Source: Clostridia bacterium
GTDB lineage: Bacteria; Bacillota; Clostridia; Oscillospirales; CAG-272
Direction: 5' to 3'
Length of the DNA: 64,000 bases
NCBI GenBank assembly: GCA_017453255.1
Contig: JAFTKN010000010.1
Coordinates: forward strand, 88,458-152,457
Shown: piece after piece, positions 26,294 through 35,856 of the stretch
Layout of the letters: every line of letters starts with the position of its first letter
How positions within the stretch are numbered: the first letter of the stretch is position 1
The notes under the pieces: generated by a model
What the model saw: only the letters and a program-made list of their open reading frames with translations
Databases searched by the model: none
Told to the model about the DNA's origin: nothing
Position numbers and translations under genes: made by a program

Positions 26294-27160
26294 ATGAAAA
26301 TAATTGATATTATAAAAGATAAAAAACCATCTCTTTCATTTGAGGTTTTCCCACCTAAAACAAGTGATTCTTTGGAAAGCGTTAGAAATGCTACTGAACA
26401 AATAGCTACTCTTAAACCATCATTTATGAGTGTTACATACGGAGCAGGCGGTGGAACAAGCGAATTTACTCTTGAAATTGCTAAGAATTTGCAAAAAAAT
26501 CAAGAAATAACGGCTTTAGCTCATCTAACTTGTGTGAATTCAACTAGAGATGAGATTAAATCGCGTTTAAAAATGCTTAGCAATAGTGGAATAGAGAATA
26601 TTCTAGCACTTCGTGGAGATATTACTCCAGAAAATAGGGATAGGACAAAATGGGATTATCATTATGCAAATGAATTGATAGAAGAAATAAAAAAGGATTA
26701 TGATTTTTGTATCGGTGGTGCATGTTATCCAGAAGGACATCCAGAATCATTAAACCAAAAGCATGATATAGAAAATTTAAAGCGTAAGGTTGAAGCTGGG
26801 TGCGAATTTTTGACAACTCAAATGTTTTTTGATAATAATTTGCTATATAATTATATTTACAAAATTAGAGAGTCAGGAATTGAGGTTCCAATAATAGCTG
26901 GTATTATGCCTGTTACAAGTGGAAAACAAATTAAGCGAAGCTGTGAGCTCTCTGGCTGTTCACTCCCGCAAAGATTCAAAATGATCGTGGATAGATATTC
27001 AGATAATCCTGAAGCGATGAAGCAAGCAGGGATTGCTTATGCGACCGAACAAATAATTGATCTTTTTGCTAATGGTATAAATGCAGTACATGTTTATTCA
27101 ATGAATAAATTTGATGTGGCTACTAAAATAAAAGAAAATATTTCGGAGATAATAAAATGA
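26294..27160 (+). CDS. metF: 5,10-methylenetetrahydrofolate reductase
   Basis: SFEVFPPKT, SVTYGAGGGT, ALRGD and a TIM-barrel MTHFR pattern. ATG 26294 preferred over the track start GTG 26282. Confidence 0.85.
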   Translation: MKIIDIIKDKKPSLSFEVFPPKTSDSLESVRNATEQIATLKPSFMSVTYGAGGGTSEFTLEIAKNLQKNQEITALAHLTCVNSTRDEIKSRLKMLSNSGIENILALRGDITPENRDRTKWDYHYANELIEEIKKDYDFCIGGACYPEGHPESLNQKHDIENLKRKVEAGCEFLTTQMFFDNNLLYNYIYKIRESGIEVPIIAGIMPVTSGKQIKRSCELSGCSLPQRFKMIVDRYSDNPEAMKQAGIAYATEQIIDLFANGINAVHVYSMNKFDVATKIKENISEIIK

Positions 27161-27753
27161 ATTCGCAGATTCTAATACAAATAAATAATGCGAAGGATAT
27201 AAAAATTGATAAAAAAGAAGTGCTTAGATATTTAGGAGTAACTGAAGACAACAACGATATCAATAGCATAATAAATGATATATCACCTGATGTATATAAG
27301 AGTATTAAATTTAACGCTGTATATACAGAGATTGATGTTGAAATAAATGATAATAAAATAGATATGGGCTTTGCCTGCGTTGATAGCAAGGCACTTGCTA
27401 AAAATTTATTTGGATGCAAAAAGGCATTTCTTTTTGCGGCTACATTGGGCATAGAAAACGATAGGGCAATAGAAAGAGCATTCAAAATCAATTCTGCGAA
27501 AGCGAGTGTATTTAATTGCATATCAATTGCATTAATTGAGTCATTTTGCGATTATGTAAATGATTATTTGAAAAATGGAAAAAAATTGCGTCCTCGCTTT
27601 TCGCCTGGTTATGGGGATTTTTCTATTAAATATCAAAAAAATGTTATCGATGCCTTAGATGCTACAAGAAAAATTGGTATAACATTGAGTGATAGTTACA
27701 TGATGAAACCGTCAAAATCTGTTACTGCAGTAATAGGAATAGAAGAAGGATAA
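27157..27753 (+). CDS. stand-alone methionine synthase reactivation (AdoMet-binding) domain protein
   Basis: 198 aa. RPRFSPGYGDF motif characteristic of the MetH activation domain. Start overlaps the metF stop (ATGA). Lies directly upstream of a MetH that lacks this domain. Confidence 0.75.
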   Translation: MNSQILIQINNAKDIKIDKKEVLRYLGVTEDNNDINSIINDISPDVYKSIKFNAVYTEIDVEINDNKIDMGFACVDSKALAKNLFGCKKAFLFAATLGIENDRAIERAFKINSAKASVFNCISIALIESFCDYVNDYLKNGKKLRPRFSPGYGDFSIKYQKNVIDALDATRKIGITLSDSYMMKPSKSVTAVIGIEEG

Positions 27754-27758
27754 TAAAA

Positions 27759-30122
27759 ATGAGTATTCTAACCGATCTACAAAAAGGGTTTTTGTTTTTC
27801 GATGGTGGAATGGGAACAGAACTTCAAAAAAAAGGTATTTTGGCAGGGGAGTGTCCAGAAAATTGGAACATTAGCAACCCTAAAGCTGTTACTGAAATTC
27901 ATAAAAGATATTTCGAAGCAGGAGCAAATATCGCTACTGCAAATACATTTGGAGCAAATCCACTAAAGCTCGACAATGTTGATGAAATTGTTTTTTCAGC
28001 AATTAATAATGCTAAAAAAGCTATTACAAAAGAGGGACAATATGTTGCTCTTGATATAGGACCAACGGGAAAACTACTTAAGCCACTTGGGGACTTAGAT
28101 TTCGAAGATGCTATTAAAGCATTTTCTCAAACTGTAATTGCTGGAACTAAGGCTGGTGCTGATCTTATTTTGATTGAAACGATGAGTGATCCGTATGAGC
28201 TTAAAGCAGCAATTATTGCTTCGAAAGAGAATTCGTCGTTACCAATATTCGCTACATTTGTTCTTGATAATACAGGTAAAACCATTACGGGTGCAGATGT
28301 AGGTGCTATGGTAGCATTGCTTGAAGGACTTGGCGTTTCTGCATTAGGTGTTAATTGCTCGCTGGGAGCAGAGCAGCTTAAGGCGTTTGTCCCTAATTTA
28401 GTAAAACTTTCCTCACTGCCTATAATTGTTAATCCAAATGCAGGACTACCATGTGTTCGTAATGGAAAAACTCATTATGACCAGTCTCCAGAGAGTTTTG
28501 CAAACGATATGCTTGATATAGCAAAAATGGGTGCGAGAATACTTGGTGGATGCTGTGGAACTACTGCAGAGCATATTTCTAAAATGACAAGCTTGGTAAG
28601 TGATATAACACCCAAAAAGATAACAAAGAAGAATTTAACTGTAGCCTCTTCTTATTCTCATGCTTGCTATTTCGATAAAAAGGCAATATTGATTGGTGAA
28701 AGAATAAATCCAACTGGAAAACCCAAGTTAAAGGATGCTTTGCGCAGAAATGATATTGACTATTTAATTAGGGAAGCGATAGGACAAGAGGAAAAGGGTG
28801 CCGATCTACTTGATGTCAATGTTGGGTTACCAGAAATTGATGAAAAGTCTGTTTTGGTAAAGGTTATAACTGAAATTCAAGCAATTACAACCTTACCCTT
28901 ACAAATAGATACTTCGAGTATAGATGCTCTTGAAGCAGGAATGCGTATATACAATGGAAAACCACTTGTGAATTCGGTAAATGGTAAAAAAGAATGTATG
29001 AAAAAGATCTTTCCCATTGTGAAAAAATATGGTGGAGTTTTGATAGCCTTAACTTTAGATGAAAATGGCATTCCAGAAACAGCAGAGGGCAGACTTGAAA
29101 TTGCAAGAAAAATTATTGAAGAAGCAGAAAAGTGTGGTATTGATAAAAAAGATATAATTGTGGACCCACTTTGTTTAACTGTTAGTTCTGATAAAAATGC
29201 ACCAAGCGTCACTCTTGAATCAATTAAGTTAATCAAATCAGAATTAGGTGTTAAAACATCACTTGGAATTTCAAATGTATCTTTTGGTTTGCCACAACGA
29301 GAAATTGTAAATTCTATTTTCTTTGCACATGCCCTTCAAAATGGACTTGATGCTGTAATTTTAAATCCGTTTTCAGAAGCCATGCAAAGAGTGTATTATG
29401 CTCACAATGCACTTATGGGTATTGATGACAACTGTCAAGATTATATCAATTTTGCAACAACAAATATTCAAGTTGAAAAAACAAATGAAGAAGCAACAGT
29501 AACCTTAGAAAAAGCAATAATAAAGGGTCTAAAGAAAGAAGCGCATGAGATTGCCGAATCACTTGTTCAATCAAAAAAAACACTTGAAATTGTTAATGAG
29601 TATATCATTCCAGCTCTTGATAAGGTTGGACTAGATTACGAAAAGGGTAAAATATTTTTGCCTCAGCTTTTAATGAGCGCAGATACTGCAACTGTTGCTT
29701 TTGATGTTGTTAAAAAAACTATCAATGGAGAAAACAAGGCTGAAAATGGAGAGGTAATTTTAGCAACAGTAAAAGGTGATATTCATGATATAGGTAAGAA
29801 TATTGTTAAGGTTATTCTTGAAAATTATGGATTTACTGTTTATGATTTAGGAAAAGATGTTTCTAAGGAAGCAATTTTAGATTGTGTTAATCAAACAAAA
29901 GCGAAACTTGTAGGTCTTTCTGCATTGATGACAACAACAGTTCCATCTATGGAAGAGGTAATCAAGTTACTCCGTAAGGAAACCCCTGAGGTTAAGATAA
30001 TGGTTGGTGGTGCAGTGCTAACTGAAGAGTACGCAAGAATGATAGGTGCAGATAAGTATTCAAAGGATGCTATGGAATCTGTAAGGTATGCACAAGAAAT
30101 ATATAAAAAAATCGCCAAATAA
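27759..30122 (+). CDS. metH: cobalamin-dependent methionine synthase (Hcy-binding + pterin-binding + B12 cap/binding domains; no activation domain)
   Basis: Hcy domain with Zn ligands (GVNCS, GGCCGT), pterin-binding barrel, and B12 motif GDIHDIGKN (DxHxxG)...SALMTT...GGA. Confidence 0.9.
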   Translation: MSILTDLQKGFLFFDGGMGTELQKKGILAGECPENWNISNPKAVTEIHKRYFEAGANIATANTFGANPLKLDNVDEIVFSAINNAKKAITKEGQYVALDIGPTGKLLKPLGDLDFEDAIKAFSQTVIAGTKAGADLILIETMSDPYELKAAIIASKENSSLPIFATFVLDNTGKTITGADVGAMVALLEGLGVSALGVNCSLGAEQLKAFVPNLVKLSSLPIIVNPNAGLPCVRNGKTHYDQSPESFANDMLDIAKMGARILGGCCGTTAEHISKMTSLVSDITPKKITKKNLTVASSYSHACYFDKKAILIGERINPTGKPKLKDALRRNDIDYLIREAIGQEEKGADLLDVNVGLPEIDEKSVLVKVITEIQAITTLPLQIDTSSIDALEAGMRIYNGKPLVNSVNGKKECMKKIFPIVKKYGGVLIALTLDENGIPETAEGRLEIARKIIEEAEKCGIDKKDIIVDPLCLTVSSDKNAPSVTLESIKLIKSELGVKTSLGISNVSFGLPQREIVNSIFFAHALQNGLDAVILNPFSEAMQRVYYAHNALMGIDDNCQDYINFATTNIQVEKTNEEATVTLEKAIIKGLKKEAHEIAESLVQSKKTLEIVNEYIIPALDKVGLDYEKGKIFLPQLLMSADTATVAFDVVKKTINGENKAENGEVILATVKGDIHDIGKNIVKVILENYGFTVYDLGKDVSKEAILDCVNQTKAKLVGLSALMTTTVPSMEEVIKLLRKETPEVKIMVGGAVLTEEYARMIGADKYSKDAMESVRYAQEIYKKIAK

Positions 30123-30135
30123 GGCGATTTTTTTG
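30105..30135 (+). terminator. intrinsic terminator overlapping the metH stop
   Basis: AAAAAAATCGCC-aaataa-GGCGATTTTTTT. Confidence 0.85.
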
Positions 30136-30229
30136 CTTTAAAGAAACAAATACGAAAAAAAGTATAAAAAATCACTAAAAAATAACCTGAAAAGCGGATT
30201 TTTTTCGACAGCCAAAAGGTAAAACTCTA

Positions 30230-30258
30230 TTGACAATTATTTACGCACATGTTAAAAT
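30230..30258 (+). promoter_or_regulatory. sigma-A-type promoter of the pur operon
   Basis: TTGACA (30230-35), 17 nt, TGt-TAAAAT (30253-58). Confidence 0.6.
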
Positions 30259-30318
30259 ATAATACGTGATACTATATATTAATATATCTATCTATATTTG
30301 GTTATTAAGGAGTTTTTT

Positions 30319-30813
30319 ATGAAAAAAGTAGCAATTCTTATGGGAAGTGACAGTGATCTACCTATAGTAGAAAAAGGAATTAACGTGTTGAATGAGTATG
30401 GTGTTCCATATGAGGTTCATGTTTATTCTGCACATAGAACCCCACTTCAAACTGCAGAGTTTGTTTCAAATGCAAAGGTAAATGGATTTGGGGTGATTAT
30501 TGCAGCGGCTGGTATGGCTGCACATTTGGCTGGAGCTGCTGCAGCGAACACTGTTTTACCAGTTATCGGTATTCCAGTTTCTTGTAAGAATACTGGGGGA
30601 GTAGATGCGCTTTGGGCAACCGTTCAAATGCCAAGTGGTATTCCAGTTGCTACTGTTGCGATAGATGGTGCTGCTAATGCAGCCTTGCTTGCTGTTGAAA
30701 TTCTTGCACTCTCTGATGATGAATTATACGAAAAACTCGTTTTAGCTCGTAAAGCAGGAGAGGAAAAGGTTCTCGAAAAGAACAAGGCAGTTGAGGAAAA
30801 ATACAATAAATAA
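30319..30813 (+). CDS. purE: PurE (N5-CAIR mutase / AIR carboxylase family)
   Basis: MKKVAILMGSDSDLP..., SAHRTP, GMAAHLAG motifs. AAGGAG lies 6 nt before ATG 30319. The track start is an upstream TTG. Confidence 0.9.
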   Translation: MKKVAILMGSDSDLPIVEKGINVLNEYGVPYEVHVYSAHRTPLQTAEFVSNAKVNGFGVIIAAAGMAAHLAGAAAANTVLPVIGIPVSCKNTGGVDALWATVQMPSGIPVATVAIDGAANAALLAVEILALSDDELYEKLVLARKAGEEKVLEKNKAVEEKYNK

Positions 30814-30852
30814 TTTGACAAGCATTGTGCGAATATTCACAAGGAGAAAAAA

Positions 30853-32262
30853 ATGGGAGTATTTGGAATAATAGGAAATGAAAAAACAAACGTAGCATCG
30901 AGCGTTTATTATGGTCTTTACGCACTTCAGCACAGGGGACAGGAGAGCTGTGGTATATCGGTAAATGACGATGGCGTTTTTCATACATATAAGGACACTG
31001 GCTTAGTAAATGATGTATTTACCAGTCAAAAGCTTGAATCCTTAGGAAATGGAACTATGGCGATTGGCCATGTTCGATATGGAACTATGGGGACAAAGGG
31101 ACGTATTAACGCAGAGCCTTTGGTTGTAAATCATACAAAGGGTCATCTTGCAATAGCGACCAACGGTAGATTGGTAAATGGACAGGTGCTAAAGCAGGAG
31201 CTAGAATTAAAGGGCATGATTTTTCATACATCAAGTGACGCTGAGATTGTTTCATATGTGGTAATACAGGAAAGACTACATTCTGCATCTATTGAAGAAG
31301 CGGTTAGCAAAGCTATGGATAAGCTAAATGGTGGCTATTGTATGCTACTTATGTCACCAAAGAAGATAATCGCGGTAAGGGATACACAGGGCTTTCACCC
31401 TCTGTGCTATGGTAAGCGCGAAAATGGTGAATACGTTATTGCTAGCGAAAGCTGTGCTCTTGACTCTGTTGGTGCAACCTTTATTAGAGAGCTTGATCCT
31501 GGTGAAATTTTAGTATTTTCAAAGGATGGAATAAATTCCATTAAAACTCACTGTGGTAAGAAGAAAGAGTCACTTTGTGTATTTGAATATGTATATACAG
31601 CTCGCCCTGACTCGGTTATTGCTGGCTGCTCGGTACACGAGGCGAGAAGAAAGGCTGGTGCTTATCTTTCAACCGTTAAGCCTGTTGAGGCTGATGTAGT
31701 AGTAGGCGTTCCTGATTCTGGTCTTGATGCAGCACTTGGTTACGCGCAGGCTTCTGGTATTCCTTATGGAATAGGACTTATTAAGAATAAATATATTGGT
31801 AGAACGTTTATTGCGCCTGGACAAAATGTAAGAGAAGATAAGGTGCGTATCAAGCTAAATCCAATTAGCGAAACAATAAAAGGCAAAAGAGTAGTGTTGG
31901 TCGATGACTCTATTGTACGTGGTACAACCTGTGCAAGAATTGTTAAGCTATTACGTAATGCCGGTGCTACAGAAGTTCATCTTCGTTCATCAGCACCACC
32001 GTTTTTGAATCCTTGCTATTATGGTACTGATGTTGATTCAAAGGAAAATTTAATAGCATGTGTACATACAATTGATGAAATAGCAAAGATAGTTGGAGTT
32101 GATTCTCTTGCATATTTAAATTTAGAGGATGTTACTAAAATTGGTGCAAGTGGTAATTGTACAGGATATTGTACCGCTTGCTTTGACGGTAAATATCCAA
32201 CTGAAACACCGATTGCAATTAAAAACAAATACGAAAATAAATTGTCAGAAAGCGAGAAATGA
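30853..32262 (+). CDS. purF: amidophosphoribosyltransferase (Fe-S type), N-terminal nucleophile Cys absent
   Basis: LQHRGQESCGI, GHVRYGT, NG, SSDAE, PRT motif VVLVDDSIVRGTT, and Fe-S Cys residues (CVFEYVY, PCYYG, CTAC). The N-terminus is MGVFGIIG, with Met where Cys1 is expected (see findings). Confidence 0.9.
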   Translation: MGVFGIIGNEKTNVASSVYYGLYALQHRGQESCGISVNDDGVFHTYKDTGLVNDVFTSQKLESLGNGTMAIGHVRYGTMGTKGRINAEPLVVNHTKGHLAIATNGRLVNGQVLKQELELKGMIFHTSSDAEIVSYVVIQERLHSASIEEAVSKAMDKLNGGYCMLLMSPKKIIAVRDTQGFHPLCYGKRENGEYVIASESCALDSVGATFIRELDPGEILVFSKDGINSIKTHCGKKKESLCVFEYVYTARPDSVIAGCSVHEARRKAGAYLSTVKPVEADVVVGVPDSGLDAALGYAQASGIPYGIGLIKNKYIGRTFIAPGQNVREDKVRIKLNPISETIKGKRVVLVDDSIVRGTTCARIVKLLRNAGATEVHLRSSAPPFLNPCYYGTDVDSKENLIACVHTIDEIAKIVGVDSLAYLNLEDVTKIGASGNCTGYCTACFDGKYPTETPIAIKNKYENKLSESEK

Positions 32263-32265
32263 GAT

Positions 32266-33312
32266 ATGAAAAATTCAAGATCTGAGAGCTACGCAGCAGC
32301 TGGCGTTGATATTACAGCTGGTTATAAGGCCGTTGAGCTTATGAAAAAGCATATAGCTCGTACAAAAAACGAAGGATGCGTTGATGATGTTGGAGGTTTT
32401 GGCGGTTGCTTTGGTCTTCAGTTTGCAGGAATGGAAGAGCCTGTGCTTGTTTCAGGAACAGACGGCTGTGGAACAAAGGTAAAGATGGCAATTCTTATGG
32501 ATAAGCATGATACAATCGGTATAGACGCAGTTGCTATGTGTGTAAATGATATCATTTGCTGTGGCGCAAAGCCGTTATTTTTCCTTGATTATATTGCATG
32601 TGGAAAGAATATTCCTGAAAAGATTGCTGCTATTGTTGGTGGCGTTGCTGAGGGTTGCGTTCAGTCTGGTGCTGCACTTATTGGTGGTGAAACAGCAGAA
32701 CACCCTGGTATGATGCCTGCCCATGACTATGACCTTGCTGGTTTTGCTGTAGGCATTGTAGATAAGAAAAAGATTCTTGACAACACAAAAATGGCTGAGG
32801 GAGACGTGGTTATCGCTCTTGCATCAAGTGGTGTACACTCAAATGGTTTTTCATTAGTACGTAAAGTGTTTGATATTGATAACAACCCTGATTCACTCTA
32901 TGTATCTTGTAGTGAGCTTGGTGGAGCTTCTATTGCGGAAACACTTTTAACACCAACAAAAATTTATGTTAAGTCAGTTCTTGCTTTACTCGAAAAGATT
33001 GACGTTAAGGGCATTTCTCACATTACAGGTGGAGGCTTCTACGAAAACATTCCACGCTCAATTCCAAAGGGATTAAGTGCCAAAATTACAAAATCTGCTG
33101 TTAAGGTGCTTCCAATATTTGATCTTATTCAAAAAACAGGCAATATTCCTGAAAGGGATATGTATAACACATACAATATGGGTGTTGGTATGAGCATTGT
33201 CGTATCAAAGGAAAACGCTGATGAGGCAATAGAAATTTTAAAGGCGTATGGTGAAGATGCTTATATCATTGGTGAGATTATTAAGGGTGATGACGGAGTA
33301 GTTCTATGCTAA
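32266..33312 (+). CDS. purM: phosphoribosylformylglycinamidine cyclo-ligase (AIR synthetase)
   Basis: SYAAAGVDI start, DGCGTK, GGETAE motifs. Confidence 0.95.
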   Translation: MKNSRSESYAAAGVDITAGYKAVELMKKHIARTKNEGCVDDVGGFGGCFGLQFAGMEEPVLVSGTDGCGTKVKMAILMDKHDTIGIDAVAMCVNDIICCGAKPLFFLDYIACGKNIPEKIAAIVGGVAEGCVQSGAALIGGETAEHPGMMPAHDYDLAGFAVGIVDKKKILDNTKMAEGDVVIALASSGVHSNGFSLVRKVFDIDNNPDSLYVSCSELGGASIAETLLTPTKIYVKSVLALLEKIDVKGISHITGGGFYENIPRSIPKGLSAKITKSAVKVLPIFDLIQKTGNIPERDMYNTYNMGVGMSIVVSKENADEAIEILKAYGEDAYIIGEIIKGDDGVVLC

Positions 33313-33914
33313 AGGCTAATATTGCAGTTTTAGTATCAGGTGGTGGGACTAATCTTCAAGCGCTTATAGATGCACAAAAAAGTGGAATTATCACAAGTGG
33401 TGAAATTAAGCTCGTAGTTGCAAATAATGCAAATGCATATGCTTTAGAGCGTGCAAAAAAAGCTGGTATTGGTACAAGTGTGGTTTTGAAAAGCAAGCTT
33501 GGTTCACAGGAAGCGTTTGAAAATGAGCTTATTTCTGTGCTTGACGAGGCTAAAACAGATTTAATTGTTTTAGCAGGTTTTATGAGCATTTTGAGTGAAA
33601 GATTTACAAGCTACTACAAGGATAAAATAATAAATGTTCACCCATCACTTATTCCTTCCTTCTGCGGAAAGGGCTTTTATGGACTTAAGGTTCACGAGGC
33701 TGCTCTTGAATATGGAGTTAAGGTAAGTGGTGCAACTGTTCACTTCGTAAACGAGATTCCAGATGGTGGAAAAATCATAATGCAAAGAGCAGTTGAGATA
33801 AAAGATGGTGACACACCTGAAATTCTTCAAAAGAGAATTATGGAAGAGGCTGAATGGAAAATTTTACCTCTTTCTTGTGAAAAAATTTGTTCCCAAATCG
33901 TTAAGGAGAAATGA
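33306..33914 (+). CDS. purN: phosphoribosylglycinamide formyltransferase
   Basis: VLVSGGGTNLQA, NVHPSLIP, GATVHFV..E.D.G motifs. Overlaps the purM end by 7 nt. Confidence 0.9.
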   Translation: MLKANIAVLVSGGGTNLQALIDAQKSGIITSGEIKLVVANNANAYALERAKKAGIGTSVVLKSKLGSQEAFENELISVLDEAKTDLIVLAGFMSILSERFTSYYKDKIINVHPSLIPSFCGKGFYGLKVHEAALEYGVKVSGATVHFVNEIPDGGKIIMQRAVEIKDGDTPEILQKRIMEEAEWKILPLSCEKICSQIVKEK

Positions 33915-33915
33915 T

Positions 33916-34635
33916 ATGAATATTTACAAGATTGATAGAATCGGTGATTTGCTTGCAAACAATACATACCCAGGCAGAGGAATTGTAATTGGAAAAACCG
34001 AGGACGGAAAAAAGGCTGCTGTAGCTTATTTTATTATGGGTAGAAGTGAAAATAGCCGTAATCGTGTTTTCAAGGAGGTTGATTCTGATGTGTTTACTGA
34101 GCCATTTGATTTTTCAAAGGTTGAGGACCCATCATTGATTATCTATTCTGCTATTAGAAAATTTGAAAACAAGTTAATTGTTACTAATGGTGACCAAACT
34201 GATACAATTTATAATCATTTGAAGGATTGTGGATGTTTTAAAAAAGCATTAAAGACAAGAGAATTTGAGCCAGATGCTCCAAACTTTACACCTCGTATAA
34301 GTGGTATTCTTAAGTTTTTTGATGGCAACTTCAATTATCAAATGAGTATTTTGAAGAGTGCTGACGAGAAGGGCACAGCTTGTAACAGATATTTCTATGA
34401 GTATGCACCACTTAACGGTCTTGGACATTTTATTCACACATATGTATGTGACGGAAACCCAATTCCAACTTTCCAGGGAGAACCTGAGAGAGTTGCTATT
34501 CCAAATAGCATTGATGATTTCACTAATGAAATTTGGAATAATCTTAACGAAAATAATAAAATTTCATTGTATGTTCGCTATATCGACCTTGCAAATGGTG
34601 AAGTAGAGAACAGAATGATTAATAAAAATAAATAA
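33916..34635 (+). CDS. purO: archaeal-type IMP cyclohydrolase (PurO-like)
   Basis: NTYPGRGIVIGKTEDGK...AYFIMGRSENSRNR is the PurO-family N-terminal signature. AAGGAG precedes ATG 33916. The track start 33805 overlaps purN and is rejected. Confidence 0.75.
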   Translation: MNIYKIDRIGDLLANNTYPGRGIVIGKTEDGKKAAVAYFIMGRSENSRNRVFKEVDSDVFTEPFDFSKVEDPSLIIYSAIRKFENKLIVTNGDQTDTIYNHLKDCGCFKKALKTREFEPDAPNFTPRISGILKFFDGNFNYQMSILKSADEKGTACNRYFYEYAPLNGLGHFIHTYVCDGNPIPTFQGEPERVAIPNSIDDFTNEIWNNLNENNKISLYVRYIDLANGEVENRMINKNK

Positions 34636-34660
34636 AGCCTGATTTAAAGGAGAAATATAA

Positions 34661-35845
34661 ATGAAAGAATTTGAATTAAAGTATGGTTGTAACCCTAACC
34701 AAAAGCCATCAAAAATTTATATGGAAAATGGCACAGAGCTTCCTATTGAGATTCTTTGTGGCAGACCAGGTTACATTAACTTCTTAGATGCCTTTAACTC
34801 ATGGCAACTTGTAAAGGAGCTAAAGGAAGCAACAGGAATGCCTTGTGCTACCTCCTTTAAACACGTTAGCCCTACATCAGCAGCGGTTGGCAAAAAGCTT
34901 TCTGAAAAGCTTAAAAAGGCTTGCTTTGTTGATGATATTGAGGGACTTGACGATTCACCTTTAGCTTGTGCTTATGCAAGAGCAAGAGGTACTGATAGAA
35001 TGTCCTCATTTGGTGACTGGATTGCACTTTCTGATGTTTGCGACGCTACAACAGCAACACTGATTAAAAGAGAAATTTCTGATGGTGTAATTGCCCCAGG
35101 ATATACAGATGAAGCGCTTGAAATTCTCAAGACAAAGAGAAAGGGTAATTATAACATTGTAAAGATTGACCCAAGCTATGTTCCTGAGGTTCAAGAAAAA
35201 AAGCAGGTTTTTGGTATTACCTTTGAACAGGGAAGGAATAACTTTAAAATTGACAGAGAATTGCTTTCTGACATTGTAACTGAAAACAAGGAATTCACTG
35301 AGGATGCAATTACAGATTTAATCATTTCACTTATTACGCTTAAATATACACAGTCAAACTCTGTTTGCTACGCATATGATGGACAGGCTATTGGTGTTGG
35401 TGCAGGACAGCAGTCAAGAATTCACTGTACACGCCTTGCAGGCACTAAGGCTGATACTTGGCATCTTCGTCAACACGAAAAGGTATTAAATCTTCCTTTC
35501 TTACCGACAATAGCAAGACCTGATAGAGATAATGTAATAGATGGTTACATCAACAAGAATGAAGAGGACGTATGTGCAGATGGAGTATGGCAAAAGTACT
35601 TTACACATCAGCCAGAGCCATTAACTGCTGAGGAAATGAGAGCATACCTCGATACAATTACAGGTGTTAGTGTTGGTTCTGACGCGTTTTTCCCATTTAG
35701 CGATAATATTGAAAGAGCTAGAAGAAGTGGTGTTTCCTTTATCGCTGAGCCAGGTGGATCTATTAGAGACGATTTAGTAATTGATTGCTGTAATAAGTAT
35801 GGAATAGTTATGGCATTTACTAAAATGAGATTGTTCCATCATTAA
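34661..35845 (+). CDS. purH: AICAR formyltransferase (PurH C-terminal domain only; no MGS/IMP cyclohydrolase domain)
   Basis: 394 aa. KYGCNPNQ, KHVSPTSAAVG, IGVGAGQQSRIH, GSDAFFPF, RLFHH are AICARFT motifs. The N-terminal IMPCH domain of canonical PurH is missing. Confidence 0.85.
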   Translation: MKEFELKYGCNPNQKPSKIYMENGTELPIEILCGRPGYINFLDAFNSWQLVKELKEATGMPCATSFKHVSPTSAAVGKKLSEKLKKACFVDDIEGLDDSPLACAYARARGTDRMSSFGDWIALSDVCDATTATLIKREISDGVIAPGYTDEALEILKTKRKGNYNIVKIDPSYVPEVQEKKQVFGITFEQGRNNFKIDRELLSDIVTENKEFTEDAITDLIISLITLKYTQSNSVCYAYDGQAIGVGAGQQSRIHCTRLAGTKADTWHLRQHEKVLNLPFLPTIARPDRDNVIDGYINKNEEDVCADGVWQKYFTHQPEPLTAEEMRAYLDTITGVSVGSDAFFPFSDNIERARRSGVSFIAEPGGSIRDDLVIDCCNKYGIVMAFTKMRLFHH

Positions 35846-35856
35846 TGAGGTGCTGA

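Noticed and set aside
30136-30318. Searched for a purine riboswitch or PurR PurBox pair upstream of purE
   Set aside because: The leader after the promoter is only about 55 nt and lacks the conserved purine-aptamer loops. AAATACGAAAAAA (near 30150) matches the PurBox consensus too poorly to call.
33805-33915. 37-codon upstream extension of the PurO-like ORF overlapping purN
   Set aside because: It overlaps 110 nt of purN in another frame. AAGGAG followed by ATG at 33916, directly after the purN stop, fits the operon's tight coupling. The family signature begins at the shorter start.
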